Of a DNA stretch of 64,000 nucleotides, positions 47,485-56,638 are shown piece after piece. The stretch spans positions 128,001 through 192,000 of the forward strand of contig JBFWWG010000004.1 in assembly GCA_050246315.1 (NCBI GenBank). Reading direction: 5' to 3'. Source of the DNA: Nitrospiraceae bacterium. GTDB lineage: Bacteria > Nitrospirota > Nitrospiria > Nitrospirales > Nitrospiraceae. The stretch's first letter is position 1, and each line of letters starts with the position of its first letter. The notes beneath the pieces were generated by a model. The model did not search any database. It was not told where the DNA came from and worked only from the letters and a program-made list of their open reading frames with translations. Position numbers and translations under genes: made by a program.

Positions 47485-48711
47485 TTACCGCTTCAGATTG
47501 ACGAGCTCCTGCAGCATCTCGTCGCTGGTGGTGATCGCCCGCGAGTTGGCCTGGAACGCCCGTTGCGTGATGATCATGTCGACGAATTCCTCACCCAGAT
47601 CGACGTTGGACTGCTCGATCGCGCCGGAAATGATCCGGCCCAGGCCGTTGCTGCCCGGGGAACCTTGGATGGCAGCGCCGGATTCCGCCGTCGTGGAGAA
47701 CACGTTGTTCCCCAGGCGCGCCAACCCCTGCGGGTTCGGGAATCGAGTTAACGCGAGTTGTGCCAGAAGTTGAGACTGCCCGTTGGTGTACTGAGCCAAG
47801 AGCTGTCCCTGGGAGTCGATCGAAAATTGCGACAAGGACCCGGCCGCATAGCCGTTTTGTGTCTGATCCAACAGAGAAGAGTTGGCGCCGTATTGCGTGA
47901 ACTGGGTGAAATTCACGGCCACACTCTGAGGAGTGGCTGCGCCGCCACCGATCGTGAGAGACAGGTTTTGCGTCCCTCCGGACGTCAGGGCTCCGGTCGA
48001 ATTAAAGACGAGATTCGTCCCGGCCGTCGCCGCACCGTTGTCCAGACGGGAGTAGAGGTTCCAGGTGTTGGCGGTCGCGGTTTTAACGAAATAGAACTGA
48101 AGCTGGTGGGATTGGCCGAGCGAATCATACATCGTCAAGCCGGTTGAGAAGTTATAGGTCGTGGGATCCGTCACATTAAAGGCGCCGGTCGGTACGGTCG
48201 CCGCCGCGTCCAGGTTGGCGCGAAGGCTCGCGGTCGTCGTGGCCTGTGGGGCGCGGTTGGTCGCGCTCATGGTGATACTGCCGATCGTGGCAGTAATCAC
48301 GCCGGCTGAATTCGCCTGGTAGCCCTGCAAGAGATAGTTGTTCGAATCGACGAGGCGGCCCTGATTGTCCACCTTGAACTGGCCGTTACGGGTGTACAGG
48401 TTCGTCCCGGCTGCATCCTGAACCATGTAGAACCCGTTTCCATCGATGGCAAGATCCAGCACGGAGCCTGTCGTCGTCAACGCTCCCTGAGAGAAGTTGC
48501 CCTGCACGTCGTTCAAGTAGACGCCCAGACCCACCTGATCCGCGCCCGATCCTCCGACCAGGCTGCTCGAGATCAGATCGGCGAACGAGGCACGGCTGCC
48601 CTTGAACCCGATTGTCCCGACATTGGCGATATTGTTGCCGATCACTCCCATCGCATTGCCGTACGCATTGAGCCCGCTCACCGCCGTAAACATCGACGTG
48701 AGAATTCCCAT
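47485..48711 (-). CDS. flgE: Hook protein FlgE
   Basis: TAVSGL...IGNNIANVGT.GFK and EQSNVDL.EEFVDMI.TQRAFQANSR. Confidence 0.96.
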   Translation of the reverse strand: MGILTSMFTAVSGLNAYGNAMGVIGNNIANVGTIGFKGSRASFADLISSSLVGGSGADQVGLGVYLNDVQGNFSQGALTTTGSVLDLAIDGNGFYMVQDAAGTNLYTRNGQFKVDNQGRLVDSNNYLLQGYQANSAGVITATIGSITMSATNRAPQATTTASLRANLDAAATVPTGAFNVTDPTTYNFSTGLTMYDSLGQSHQLQFYFVKTATANTWNLYSRLDNGAATAGTNLVFNSTGALTSGGTQNLSLTIGGGAATPQSVAVNFTQFTQYGANSSLLDQTQNGYAAGSLSQFSIDSQGQLLAQYTNGQSQLLAQLALTRFPNPQGLARLGNNVFSTTAESGAAIQGSPGSNGLGRIISGAIEQSNVDLGEEFVDMIITQRAFQANSRAITTSDEMLQELVNLKR

Positions 48712-48824
48712 GTGCTCCTCCTCGTAATGTTTCGCACGTTACGTCCTGGTCGAGATCAAATTACCGTTCATCACTGGTCAATGAACGTGGTTCTCTTCGG
48801 TGCTGAGTGCTTCGACTTCATGTA

Positions 48825-49169
48825 TCACGTCGTGATCGCGCCGTTCTCAGATGGTCGTACAACGGGCTCCTGCTGGGCCTCCTGGAGTTCGACCATTCGT
48901 TCCAGCAGCGTGACGACCTTGGTCAGTTGCTCGATCTGACTGAATTGGGCCGTCTGGACCATCATCTGTTCATTGTTGGTCGGGTTCAGTGGATCCTGAT
49001 TTTCAAGCTGCGCCACCAGCAACTTGAGAAAGTCGTCCTTTCCCAGTTGGGCCTGGCCCAAAATGGCCGAAGCCGCCTTATTCGTTGCGCTTCCGACCGA
49101 AGGCGCGCCCGGCGGAGTCGAATTACTCAGAGCCGCCTGAACGGCTTGCATCTCTGGTGAAAGTTCCAT
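48825..49169 (-). CDS. flgD: Hook cap protein FlgD (N-terminal domain only)
   Basis: LGKDDFLKLLVAQLENQDPLNP...QTAQFSQIEQ. Confidence 0.9.
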   Translation of the reverse strand: MELSPEMQAVQAALSNSTPPGAPSVGSATNKAASAILGQAQLGKDDFLKLLVAQLENQDPLNPTNNEQMMVQTAQFSQIEQLTKVVTLLERMVELQEAQQEPVVRPSENGAITT

Positions 49170-49211
49170 CGTGTGTCCTCCCGTCACCGATCAGCCCGTG
49201 TCTCGATACTG

Positions 49212-50669
49212 CTAGATGAACAGATTCACATGCCGCGGTCCGCCTGGTTCGACGCTCTCGGGGATGGCCGCAACAACATCCGCCGAAGGCTCCTGTCCTT
49301 GCCGAACCGGCTGTGACCAGTTCGCCTCCCATCCGTATGACGAAGGTCCCTGGCCCTCCCGATCCACAAGAACGGAGAACTGGCCCATTTCCAATCCATG
49401 ATGGTGGAGCTGAGATTCCAATCGCGATTGATTCTTGAGCAGGAAGTCCTGAACTTCAGTGTGATCCGTCATGACCGTGGCATAGACCGTCTGCTCGACC
49501 AGCGAGACGTGCAGACGGACAGGCGGGCCGTCCGGAGACTGAAGTTCCAACCTCAAGGCCCGGGGAGCCGAGGGATCCCACATGGCTGCCGATTGCGGAG
49601 TTGGACGAACCGGCTCCAACAGAGGAGCGGCCGATCTGGTCTCGGAACCCTGGCCTGCGGATGGCGATTGGCCACCCAACGCAGTTCCTCCCTGACTCGG
49701 ATCTCCCTGAAAGCTCGATCCTGGACCGACAGGCTCTCCGTTCCCGCCCCATTGATCCTTCGCCGTCCTGGGGCTGGAAGCAGGATCACCGAGTGGTTTG
49801 ACCGACATTACCCATTCAGTTTGGTCACCTCCCAGGCCGACTGGGCTTGAAAGCACCTGCGGGTCGTCACCGATGGGCATCCCTCCTGCCTGCCGCCCGC
49901 CGTAGAGAAGGAACCGAGGTTCATGGGCGGCTGCGGCAGCCGACGGGAGATCTCCTTGCGGTCCCATCAACTGCGGTCCCGTAGGTCCGGCTGTCCCACT
50001 GAACGAGACAGCGGTTTCCCTGGGCGTCGCGGCGACGGCTAGCTGCCGGTCCAGTGAACGCATCACGGCCCCATCCGTTCGGGCCATTCCCGTTGCCGGT
50101 CCGGAGGCCATGTACATCTCGCGGACGTCCTCTCCAATCGTGGTGGAAGAGGCCGGGACCGCGTTCAAGGGCTTGTTTCCTAACGTCGTCTCCTGGTGAG
50201 AAATCGCCTGAGCCTGGTCCGTGCCCACCTCCTCTGTCATTTCTGCTCTACCGCCATTCTGTACCGACATCACTTGGACCTGCGACCCGATAGCCGGCAT
50301 CGTCTCCAGCAATGGTTCAATAGGAGAGGCTGCGGATGTCGCCTTCTCATCCACCGGCGTCGGAGCAGCCTGGTCTGCGGAATCCACACCCGCGAATCCA
50401 GTCAGAATATGATCAACGACCGCTTGCACCATCGCCGGCTCCTCCGATGGTTGGTCGTCCAACTGTGCTTCCTCCGCTTGAAGGCCGGCCGAAGACCCTT
50501 CGCCTGGCGCTTCGGGAACTGCCGGTCTACTGCCGGGCGCATCCTGAAGCATGCGGGAGAATGCTACGCCGTCCCCCGATGACGCTTCGGTCGCTCTGAG
50601 GGACGAACGTACCCCACTCTCGGCAGACGAGCCCACAGCCGCAGTTGGAACAAGGCTGATCTCACTCAT
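49212..50669 (-). CDS. fliK: Hook-length control protein FliK
   Basis: Long Ala/Pro/Gly-rich N-terminus, C-terminal LRLELQ..DG.PVRL.V...L...L...GL domain; directly upstream of flgD. Confidence 0.85.
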   Translation of the reverse strand: MSEISLVPTAAVGSSAESGVRSSLRATEASSGDGVAFSRMLQDAPGSRPAVPEAPGEGSSAGLQAEEAQLDDQPSEEPAMVQAVVDHILTGFAGVDSADQAAPTPVDEKATSAASPIEPLLETMPAIGSQVQVMSVQNGGRAEMTEEVGTDQAQAISHQETTLGNKPLNAVPASSTTIGEDVREMYMASGPATGMARTDGAVMRSLDRQLAVAATPRETAVSFSGTAGPTGPQLMGPQGDLPSAAAAAHEPRFLLYGGRQAGGMPIGDDPQVLSSPVGLGGDQTEWVMSVKPLGDPASSPRTAKDQWGGNGEPVGPGSSFQGDPSQGGTALGGQSPSAGQGSETRSAAPLLEPVRPTPQSAAMWDPSAPRALRLELQSPDGPPVRLHVSLVEQTVYATVMTDHTEVQDFLLKNQSRLESQLHHHGLEMGQFSVLVDREGQGPSSYGWEANWSQPVRQGQEPSADVVAAIPESVEPGGPRHVNLFI

Positions 50670-50716
50670 GGTGCGTGGATCTCATCAAACTGATACGGCA
50701 ATCCGATCGGCACTAT

Positions 50717-50732
50717 CTCAAGTCCGATGCCA
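50717..50732 (-). promoter_or_regulatory. Variant sigma54 promoter for fliK-flgD-flgE
   Basis: TGGCAT-CGGAC-TTGAG, with GA instead of GC at -12. CGGCA-type sites lie 65-100 bp upstream. Confidence 0.45.
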
Positions 50733-50886
50733 TGCACGCTCCGATCACCGCCTCCCGCCAAATCAACGCCTTCTGCCGAGTCACCCCATCCTCGTCCGGC
50801 AACCCCGGCAATTCTTTCCTCACAGGCGGGGCAGTTTTCTCCTCCCGCGAGGCAGAGATGAACCGCTGTTAATCGGCATCAACCGG

Positions 50887-50914
50887 TCAAGTCCGCCATC
50901 CAAGCTGCCGATAG
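50887..50914 (+). promoter_or_regulatory. sigma28 promoter of the decayed che operon
   Basis: TCAAGTCC-N12-GCCGATAG. Confidence 0.8.
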
Positions 50915-51029
50915 TGCGGTGATCACGAGGCCCAAGCGGTGTCGATCCGTCGCGTCTTGCCGCTGGCGGCACGGCCTGTGTCTTGCTATTTCGAATCGCT
51001 CCTCGGAAGGAACCAGAGGAGGAGCCCCT

Positions 51030-51410
51030 ATGCCAGTCGAGCCGAACATGAAGATTCTGGTCGTAGACGACATGTCCACCATGCGCCGCATCACCAAGAA
51101 CTTTCTGAAGCAACTGGGGTTCAACAACGCCGAGGAAGCGGAGAACGGACAGGACGGCCTCGCCAAGCTGCGCGCTGAGAGCTATGGGTTTGTCGTCTCG
51201 GACTGAAACATGCCCGTCATGACCGGCATTGAAATGCTGCGGGCGATCCGGGCGGATGAGAAATTGAAAACGCTCCCCGTTCTGATGGTCACGGCCGAAT
51301 CCCAAAGGGACAATATCGGCGAGGCCACGCAGGCGGGAGTCAGCAATTATGTCGTCAAGCCCTTCACGGCCGGGACCCTGCAAGACAAGATGAACAAGAT
51401 CTTCCAGTGA
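51030..51410 (+). pseudogene. cheY: cheY with an in-frame nonsense codon
   Basis: [15 protein letters not shown]...[29 protein letters not shown] at 51204-51206 replaces the conserved Trp (DWNMP). RBS GAGGAGGAG. Confidence 0.9.
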
Positions 51411-51465
51411 GACGCAGGGCTAGTCCATCCGCGACAGCCCTGCCCAGACCGACGTGGAGGCTCCG

Positions 51466-52026
51466 GTGAGCGATCAGAATCGGAAATGGTATGAAGAACT
51501 GGGCGACCTGGCCCGTTATATCGAACAGACGATGCACGGCTTTCAGAACCTGCAACAGCCGATCGAGGCGGCATCGCACCAGCTCCCCCAGGCGACAGCA
51601 CACCTGTCGGACCTCCCCAAAATGAGCGAGGAGGCCACCCACAACGTGATGGGGCAAACCGAGGCCATTCAAGACAATCACGGCCGCCTGCTGGCAGCCT
51701 TGAACGGCGTCCTCGCCAGCCTGAGCCACGCCGGCATCGGCGGGCCGCTTTTGGACGACTTGGAGGCTATGCGACAACTGTTGAACGACGACGAGAAGCG
51801 GCTGATCGAAATCTTCACCGCCCTGTCGTTTCAGGATCTCCTGGCCCAGCGCGTCAATAAATTGGTGACCGTGCTGACTGATGTCGAACACAAGCTGCTG
51901 GAACTGCTCGTGATTTTCGAATCGCAACACTCCAATGGCCAACAAGGCGACCAGGACAAGACCGGCGACATGCTGAAGCGGCTGGAGACCTCCAAGACCA
52001 CTACCCTCAAACAGAACCTCGTAGAC
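51466..52026 (+). pseudogene. cheZ: cheZ-like phosphatase gene, 3'-truncated
   Basis: EEAT..VM and LSFQDL.AQR.NK motifs. Ends at KQNLVD without the terminal LL..LGF helix and runs into out-of-frame MCP sequence. Confidence 0.75.
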
Positions 52027-52042
52027 ACTGGAGGAAGAGCAC

Positions 52043-52621
52043 CCGGTCACGGAAGCCCAGACGGTCTTGAGCGCCGTCGCCCAAGGCGATCTCACGCAGC
52101 ACATGACCGGGACCTATCAGGGCGAATTGGACAAATTGAAAGTCAGTGCCAATACCGCGATCACGACCCTGCTGACCACGCTCACCACGGTCAGAGCGGC
52201 CGCCGAGAGTGTCAGCACCGGCGCCGAGCAGATCACCCGCGGCAATGAGGACCATTCCCAGCGGACAGCCGAGTAGACCAGCGCCTTGGAGGAAACCTCC
52301 GCCTCCATGCACGAGATGACCTCCACAGTGAAACAGAACGCGGACAATGCCAAACAGGCCAATCAGTCGGCCATCGCCGCCTGCGTCATCGCCGACAAGG
52401 AGGGGTGCCATCACCACCCGAGCCGTCAGCGCCATCGAGGAGATCAACAAGAGCAGCAAGAAGATCGCCGACATCATCACGGTGATCGACGAGATCGCCT
52501 TCCAGACCAACCTCCTGGCCTTGAACGCGGCAGTGGAGGCAGCCGAGCCGGAGAGCGCCGCCGCGGGTTTGCGGTCGTGGCGACGGAAGTGCGAAATCTC
52601 GCGCAGCGGTCGGCCACTACG
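52043..52621 (+). pseudogene. Methyl-accepting chemotaxis protein internal fragment
   Basis: HAMP (AQGDLT) followed by SQRTAE*TSALEETSASM (TAG 52274-52276), [19 protein letters not shown] and [17 protein letters not shown], with frameshifts near 52403 and 52545. Confidence 0.9.
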
Positions 52622-52909
52622 CGCGACCCGATCGCCGGCGTGGGTGGAAAGATCTATGAGAGGGCCATGGACGTTGGAGCCAACAACACTCGATGGGTCC
52701 TGGATTTCATGAGGCAGGAGGGCTTCGTCCCGGCGAAGATGGACCTCGGCGACGTACACCCCCACAAGGTGTACTTCTTCGCCCAGACCGGCCGGCTGCT
52801 GGTGAAGAAGATCGAACGGATCAAGAACGACACGATCTTCGCGCGCGAGGCGGAGCATCGGAAGCAACTGCAACGCGAGACGGAAGCGAGCGATGTCACG
52901 CTCTTCTGA
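52622..52909 (+). pseudogene. cheD: cheD fragment with 5' and internal deletions
   Basis: RDPIAGVGG is joined directly to [13 protein letters not shown]...DLGDVHPHKVYFF..TG.L.VK...DVTLF. The LGSC and NHF catalytic segments are absent. Confidence 0.8.
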
Positions 52910-52945
52910 TCTCCAAACGGGCGGTCGATCAAGAAGCGAGGGCAC

Positions 52946-52993
52946 ATGGGGAAGATTCGCACCTTGATCGTCGATGACTCGCCCAAGAAATAG
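52946..52993 (+). pseudogene. cheB: First codons of a cheB-like receiver gene
   Basis: MGKIRTLIVDDS then PKK*, in the position expected after cheD. Confidence 0.6.
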
Positions 52994-53014
52994 CGACCCG
53001 CCGAGCATGCCATG

Positions 53015-53788
53015 TCATCGAGTGGCCTTGATCGAGGCAGCGGGAATCGGTTGCGACGCTGGCGCATTGACAATTTGCTCGGTCAACTTTGCGGCTTTGT
53101 CCGGCCTGACCTGCGCCAATATGGCGCCCGCAGTCTTGCTCTTCACGGTCCGCAACACCTGCACGGCCATTGGAGACGGCATCTTCTCGATCCTGGCTGC
53201 CGCCTCTTCGGCCGGCATCCCTTCATACATCTTGGCAACGACGCCCAGTTTTGCCTGAGCCTCGGCCGCCTGCTGATCGCGAGTCTTGTTCTCCCGTTCC
53301 TGGTTCGTCTGTTGAGCCTGGCCCTGCTTCGTCTCGAAGGCCTGGACCGACGCTTCATAGCGTACTAACAGCTCCTCAAGGTCGGCCTTCAGATTTTCAA
53401 GCCGTTTCAGTTCGGCTCGCATTGCTTGCTCCCGGCGGTCCAGATAGCGTTTTCGTTGATCCAAGAGATCGAGCACCTCGCGGGGTACATCCACAGCCGG
53501 CCCCTGTACTCGTCGATCCTGGAGATCACTCTCTTTCGTCCCCACTTGTCCGCTCACCGGCATCCTGTCATCCGACGCGCTTGCGGGCGGCGACTTATCC
53601 GGTGACTCCGAAGCCGTCTCCGCCAAGCCGGCTGAGTCCGCCCCGATGCTCTGGACCGTGACTGCCAGGCAAGGCCCACTCGCGGCCAGGACGGACCAGA
53701 GGATCAATCGAACAACTCTCGTTCGGTTCGTCGGGCTACAGATCGGTGTCCCTCCCGGATCCCGTATCACGTGGCGCCCCTCATCCAC
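53015..53788 (-). CDS. MotE/FlbB-like flagellar protein (TM + coiled coil + MgtE-N-like domain)
   Basis: AKMYEGMPAEEAAARIEKM...AGAILAQV.P.KAAKLT; directly after fliJ. Confidence 0.8.
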   Translation of the reverse strand: MDEGRHVIRDPGGTPICSPTNRTRVVRLILWSVLAASGPCLAVTVQSIGADSAGLAETASESPDKSPPASASDDRMPVSGQVGTKESDLQDRRVQGPAVDVPREVLDLLDQRKRYLDRREQAMRAELKRLENLKADLEELLVRYEASVQAFETKQGQAQQTNQERENKTRDQQAAEAQAKLGVVAKMYEGMPAEEAAARIEKMPSPMAVQVLRTVKSKTAGAILAQVRPDKAAKLTEQIVNAPASQPIPAASIKATR

Positions 53789-54198
53789 CGTCGCCCAGCG
53801 AGGTCGTCAAGTAGCCGTTGGTCGAGTCGTCGCTGAGCCTGCTGCCTTCGATTGGCCGCCCGCTTCATCACCAACTCGATCTTCTTTCGGTCTCGGACCG
53901 CCTCCGTCAGCTCCACTTGCTTTTTTGCGCGTCGCTCCATCGCCGAAGCCACCGCCCGCTCGACGTTGGTCACGGTCGCCTGAATCGCATCCCATTCGTT
54001 TACCCAACCCTGCGCGAGTCCCGCATGAGCCCCTCGTCGGACTTCCGTCACGAAGCGGTCCGCACTGTCATCCGCGATCTGTTGCCATTGCACGCGGACC
54101 TCGTTGACCTTCTGCACGGCCCGATCCAACTCCGCCAGCTCCATCCGCACGACTTCCTCGACCTGGACCCGGTATCGGTATAGTCGCAGCCAGCTCAT
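53767..54198 (-). CDS. fliJ: Export protein FliJ
   Basis: Coiled coil after fliI, L.EA.RDRKKIE...DQRLLDDLA. Confidence 0.85.
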   Translation of the reverse strand: MSWLRLYRYRVQVEEVVRMELAELDRAVQKVNEVRVQWQQIADDSADRFVTEVRRGAHAGLAQGWVNEWDAIQATVTNVERAVASAMERRAKKQVELTEAVRDRKKIELVMKRAANRRQQAQRRLDQRLLDDLAGRRWMRGAT

Positions 54199-55502
54199 CC
54201 CGGCTGTCCCGCCAATTGGATCAACGCCTCGACCGAGGCGGGAAAGCTGGCGCATTCGTCCTTCTCCTGCTTCAGATAGGCATGGATGGCCTCGATCATG
54301 CCGACGGCGCGGTCCAGTTTGGGATTCACGCCAGGTTTGTAGGCCCCCAGGGTGATCAGGTCTTCCGCTCGCTGATAGGTGGCCATCAATTCGACAACAG
54401 CGCGGGCCGCCGCATCATGCGCCGGCGTGATGATCCCGTGCATGACCCGGCTCGTGCTTTGAAGGACGTCAATAGCCGGATAGTGGTTCCGGGAGGCCAA
54501 ATCGCGGGATAGTACGATATGGCCGTCAAGGATGGAGCGAGCCGAGTCGGCGATCGGGTCGCTCAGATCGTCCCCCTCGACAAGGATCGTATAGAGGCCG
54601 GTCAGGGTTCCGCTGCCTTCACAGGTGCCGACACGCTCCAGCAGTCTCGGAAGCAGGGAGAACACGGAGGGCGTGTAGCCCTTACTGGTCGGCGGTTCCC
54701 CGATCGCCAGCCCGACCTCCCGCTGACCCTGGGCGAACCTCGTAAGAGAATCCATGAGCAACAGCACGTGCCGGCCTTGATCCCGAAAGTATTCGGCGAT
54801 AGCGGTCGCCAGGAAGGCTCCGCGAATCCGTACCAGCGGAGGTTGGTCGGACGTTGCGGCGATGACCACCGTGCGTTGCATACCGCCCGGACGGAGATCG
54901 CGCTCGAGAAATTCCTTCACCTCGCGCCCGCGCTCGCCGATCAGCGCAATCACGCTGACGTCCGCCACGACGTTCCGACTCAGCATCCCTAACAAAATGC
55001 TCTTCCCCACGCCGGCGCCGGCGAAGATGCCGATCTTCTGTCCCAGGCCGCAGGTCAGGAGTCCATTGATCGCCCGCACCCCAAGATCGAGCGGCTGAGT
55101 GATGCGCCGGCGATGGAGTGGATTGAGCGGCGCCTGATACAAGGGATACTCGCCCTCCGCCTCGATTGGTCCCTTTTCATCAAGCGGGTGTCCCAGGCCG
55201 TCCAACACACGGCCGAGCAGTTTGGGTCCGACCGTGACGGACGCTTGACGCCCCTTGGTCATTAAGCGACTGGCCGGACCGATGCCGTGCATGTCGCCCA
55301 ACGGCATAAGCATGATACGATCGCCGCGGAACCCGACCACTTCGGCCGTCAGCGGCGCCGAGCCGTCGTCGCGGGTGACTTCACACAACTCCCCGATGGT
55401 CGTGGCCGTCCCGTATCCTTCGAGGACAATCCCGGCTGCCTGGGCTATCCGCCCCTGCACCGTCAAGGGATCAAGCCCCTCAAGCAGGTCGATCCGCTTC
55501 AC
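54195..55502 (-). CDS. fliI: Export ATPase FliI
   Basis: AGAGVGKS, LIGERGREV, MDSLTRFA and GYTPSVF. GTG 55502 overlaps the fliH stop. Confidence 0.96.
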   Translation of the reverse strand: MKRIDLLEGLDPLTVQGRIAQAAGIVLEGYGTATTIGELCEVTRDDGSAPLTAEVVGFRGDRIMLMPLGDMHGIGPASRLMTKGRQASVTVGPKLLGRVLDGLGHPLDEKGPIEAEGEYPLYQAPLNPLHRRRITQPLDLGVRAINGLLTCGLGQKIGIFAGAGVGKSILLGMLSRNVVADVSVIALIGERGREVKEFLERDLRPGGMQRTVVIAATSDQPPLVRIRGAFLATAIAEYFRDQGRHVLLLMDSLTRFAQGQREVGLAIGEPPTSKGYTPSVFSLLPRLLERVGTCEGSGTLTGLYTILVEGDDLSDPIADSARSILDGHIVLSRDLASRNHYPAIDVLQSTSRVMHGIITPAHDAAARAVVELMATYQRAEDLITLGAYKPGVNPKLDRAVGMIEAIHAYLKQEKDECASFPASVEALIQLAGQPG

Positions 55503-56638
55503 GTGGTCTGCCCCTTCCTCAGGACCTCTGCCATCCTCGCCAATTGTCCGTCCAGCGTCGCATCGACACAATGAGTCGGCGTCTGGACCAGACAGCCGCC
55601 TGGCACAATGGCGGCATCGGTCTCCAACCGGATCGTCACAGGTCCGTCGCAGACAGCGGTCAACCGGTCGTGCACCGCTTCCAGCGTGGGCAGATCCCGA
55701 GGATGCATCAGTATCCGGATGACCGGACTCTCTCGAACCCGCAGCACGGCCTGCCTGGCCTGCTCGACGATCAGGTCCCGCTTCTCCGCAGCACAGTCGT
55801 GCACCACCTTGCAGGCGACCGTAAAGGCCAGCTCAACCGCTTCTGATTCGATCCGACCGGGTATTTCCGCACAGGCCTGGGCCAACCGGCGGACGGTTTC
55901 CACCAGGTACTGCTCCTGCTGCTTCGCCAGCGCGATTTGCGCCTCCGCGCGGCGCAGCCCTTCCGCCAAACCTCGTTCGTACTCTTGCGCGCGGCTTGAA
56001 GTCGCTCCCTGGGACTCGGTCCGGATCGCGTCTCCCCGCTCGTTCAGATCTGTCAGGCGGAAGGCGTTCAGGTGCACCCCTTGCATTTTGCACACCGTCT
56101 GCTTCAAGACCCGGTTCTCCTGACGGAGCCGTTGCACCTCGAGTACGCGCCGCACCGCCATGAGCACGTCGTTCGGTTTGAACGGTTTGGTAAGCATATC
56201 GGCTGCGCCCACTCTCATGGCTTTCACCGCCAACTCGACCGTGCCATGTCCGGTAACCATGATCGCAACCGCCTTGGGGTCTTGCCGAGTCACCTGTTCG
56301 AGCAGGGAAAGCCCGTCCATGTCGGGCAATCGGTAGTCCACCAGCAGAACGGAGGCCGGATGATCGGCGAGCGCTCGAAGGCCCGCCTGTCCGGTTTCAA
56401 CGGATCGCACGGCAAATCCGTTCTGCGTCAACAGCCGGGTCAGGAGCGTTCGAACGCCCTCCTCATCCTCGATGACAAGGACCTGCGTCGGCCCACCGCT
56501 CCAAGGTTGGGGTTCCTCCTGAGAGGCCGGTCCGCCGCCGGAGCGGAACGTTGAGAAGGAATCCTGTCGTCCGGATGAAGCCGTTACCATCTGTTCGCCT
56601 ACCTGATGCTTGTCGGCCGTTGTACCATCGGGAGTCAC
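55499..56638 (-). CDS. fliH: FliH fused to an N-terminal response-regulator receiver domain
   Basis: Receiver: VLVIEDE..VDYRLPDMDG..MVTGHG..LTKPF. FliH: EYERGLAEG..ELAFTVACKVV..MHPRD..GGCLVQT...VDAT. Located between fliG and fliI. Confidence 0.9.
   Translation of the reverse strand: MTPDGTTADKHQVGEQMVTASSGRQDSFSTFRSGGGPASQEEPQPWSGGPTQVLVIEDEEGVRTLLTRLLTQNGFAVRSVETGQAGLRALADHPASVLLVDYRLPDMDGLSLLEQVTRQDPKAVAIMVTGHGTVELAVKAMRVGAADMLTKPFKPNDVLMAVRRVLEVQRLRQENRVLKQTVCKMQGVHLNAFRLTDLNERGDAIRTESQGATSSRAQEYERGLAEGLRRAEAQIALAKQQEQYLVETVRRLAQACAEIPGRIESEAVELAFTVACKVVHDCAAEKRDLIVEQARQAVLRVRESPVIRILMHPRDLPTLEAVHDRLTAVCDGPVTIRLETDAAIVPGGCLVQTPTHCVDATLDGQLARMAEVLRKGQTT

Noticed and set aside
31137..49169. 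Short flgJ and short flgD as pseudogenes
   Set aside because: Single-domain FlgJ and FlgD forms are common outside enterics, and both ORFs are clean.
51204..52276. In-frame TGA in cheY and TAG in the MCP as recoding (Sec, Pyl or TGA=Trp)
   Set aside because: Each is one transition from the expected codon (TGG, CAG). The same block has frameshifts and deletions, and TGA/TAG end many intact genes in the window.
51454..52909. ORF-track proteins 51454-52248 and 52286-52909 as novel fusions
   Set aside because: They are chance readthroughs across deletion junctions and contain out-of-frame segments.
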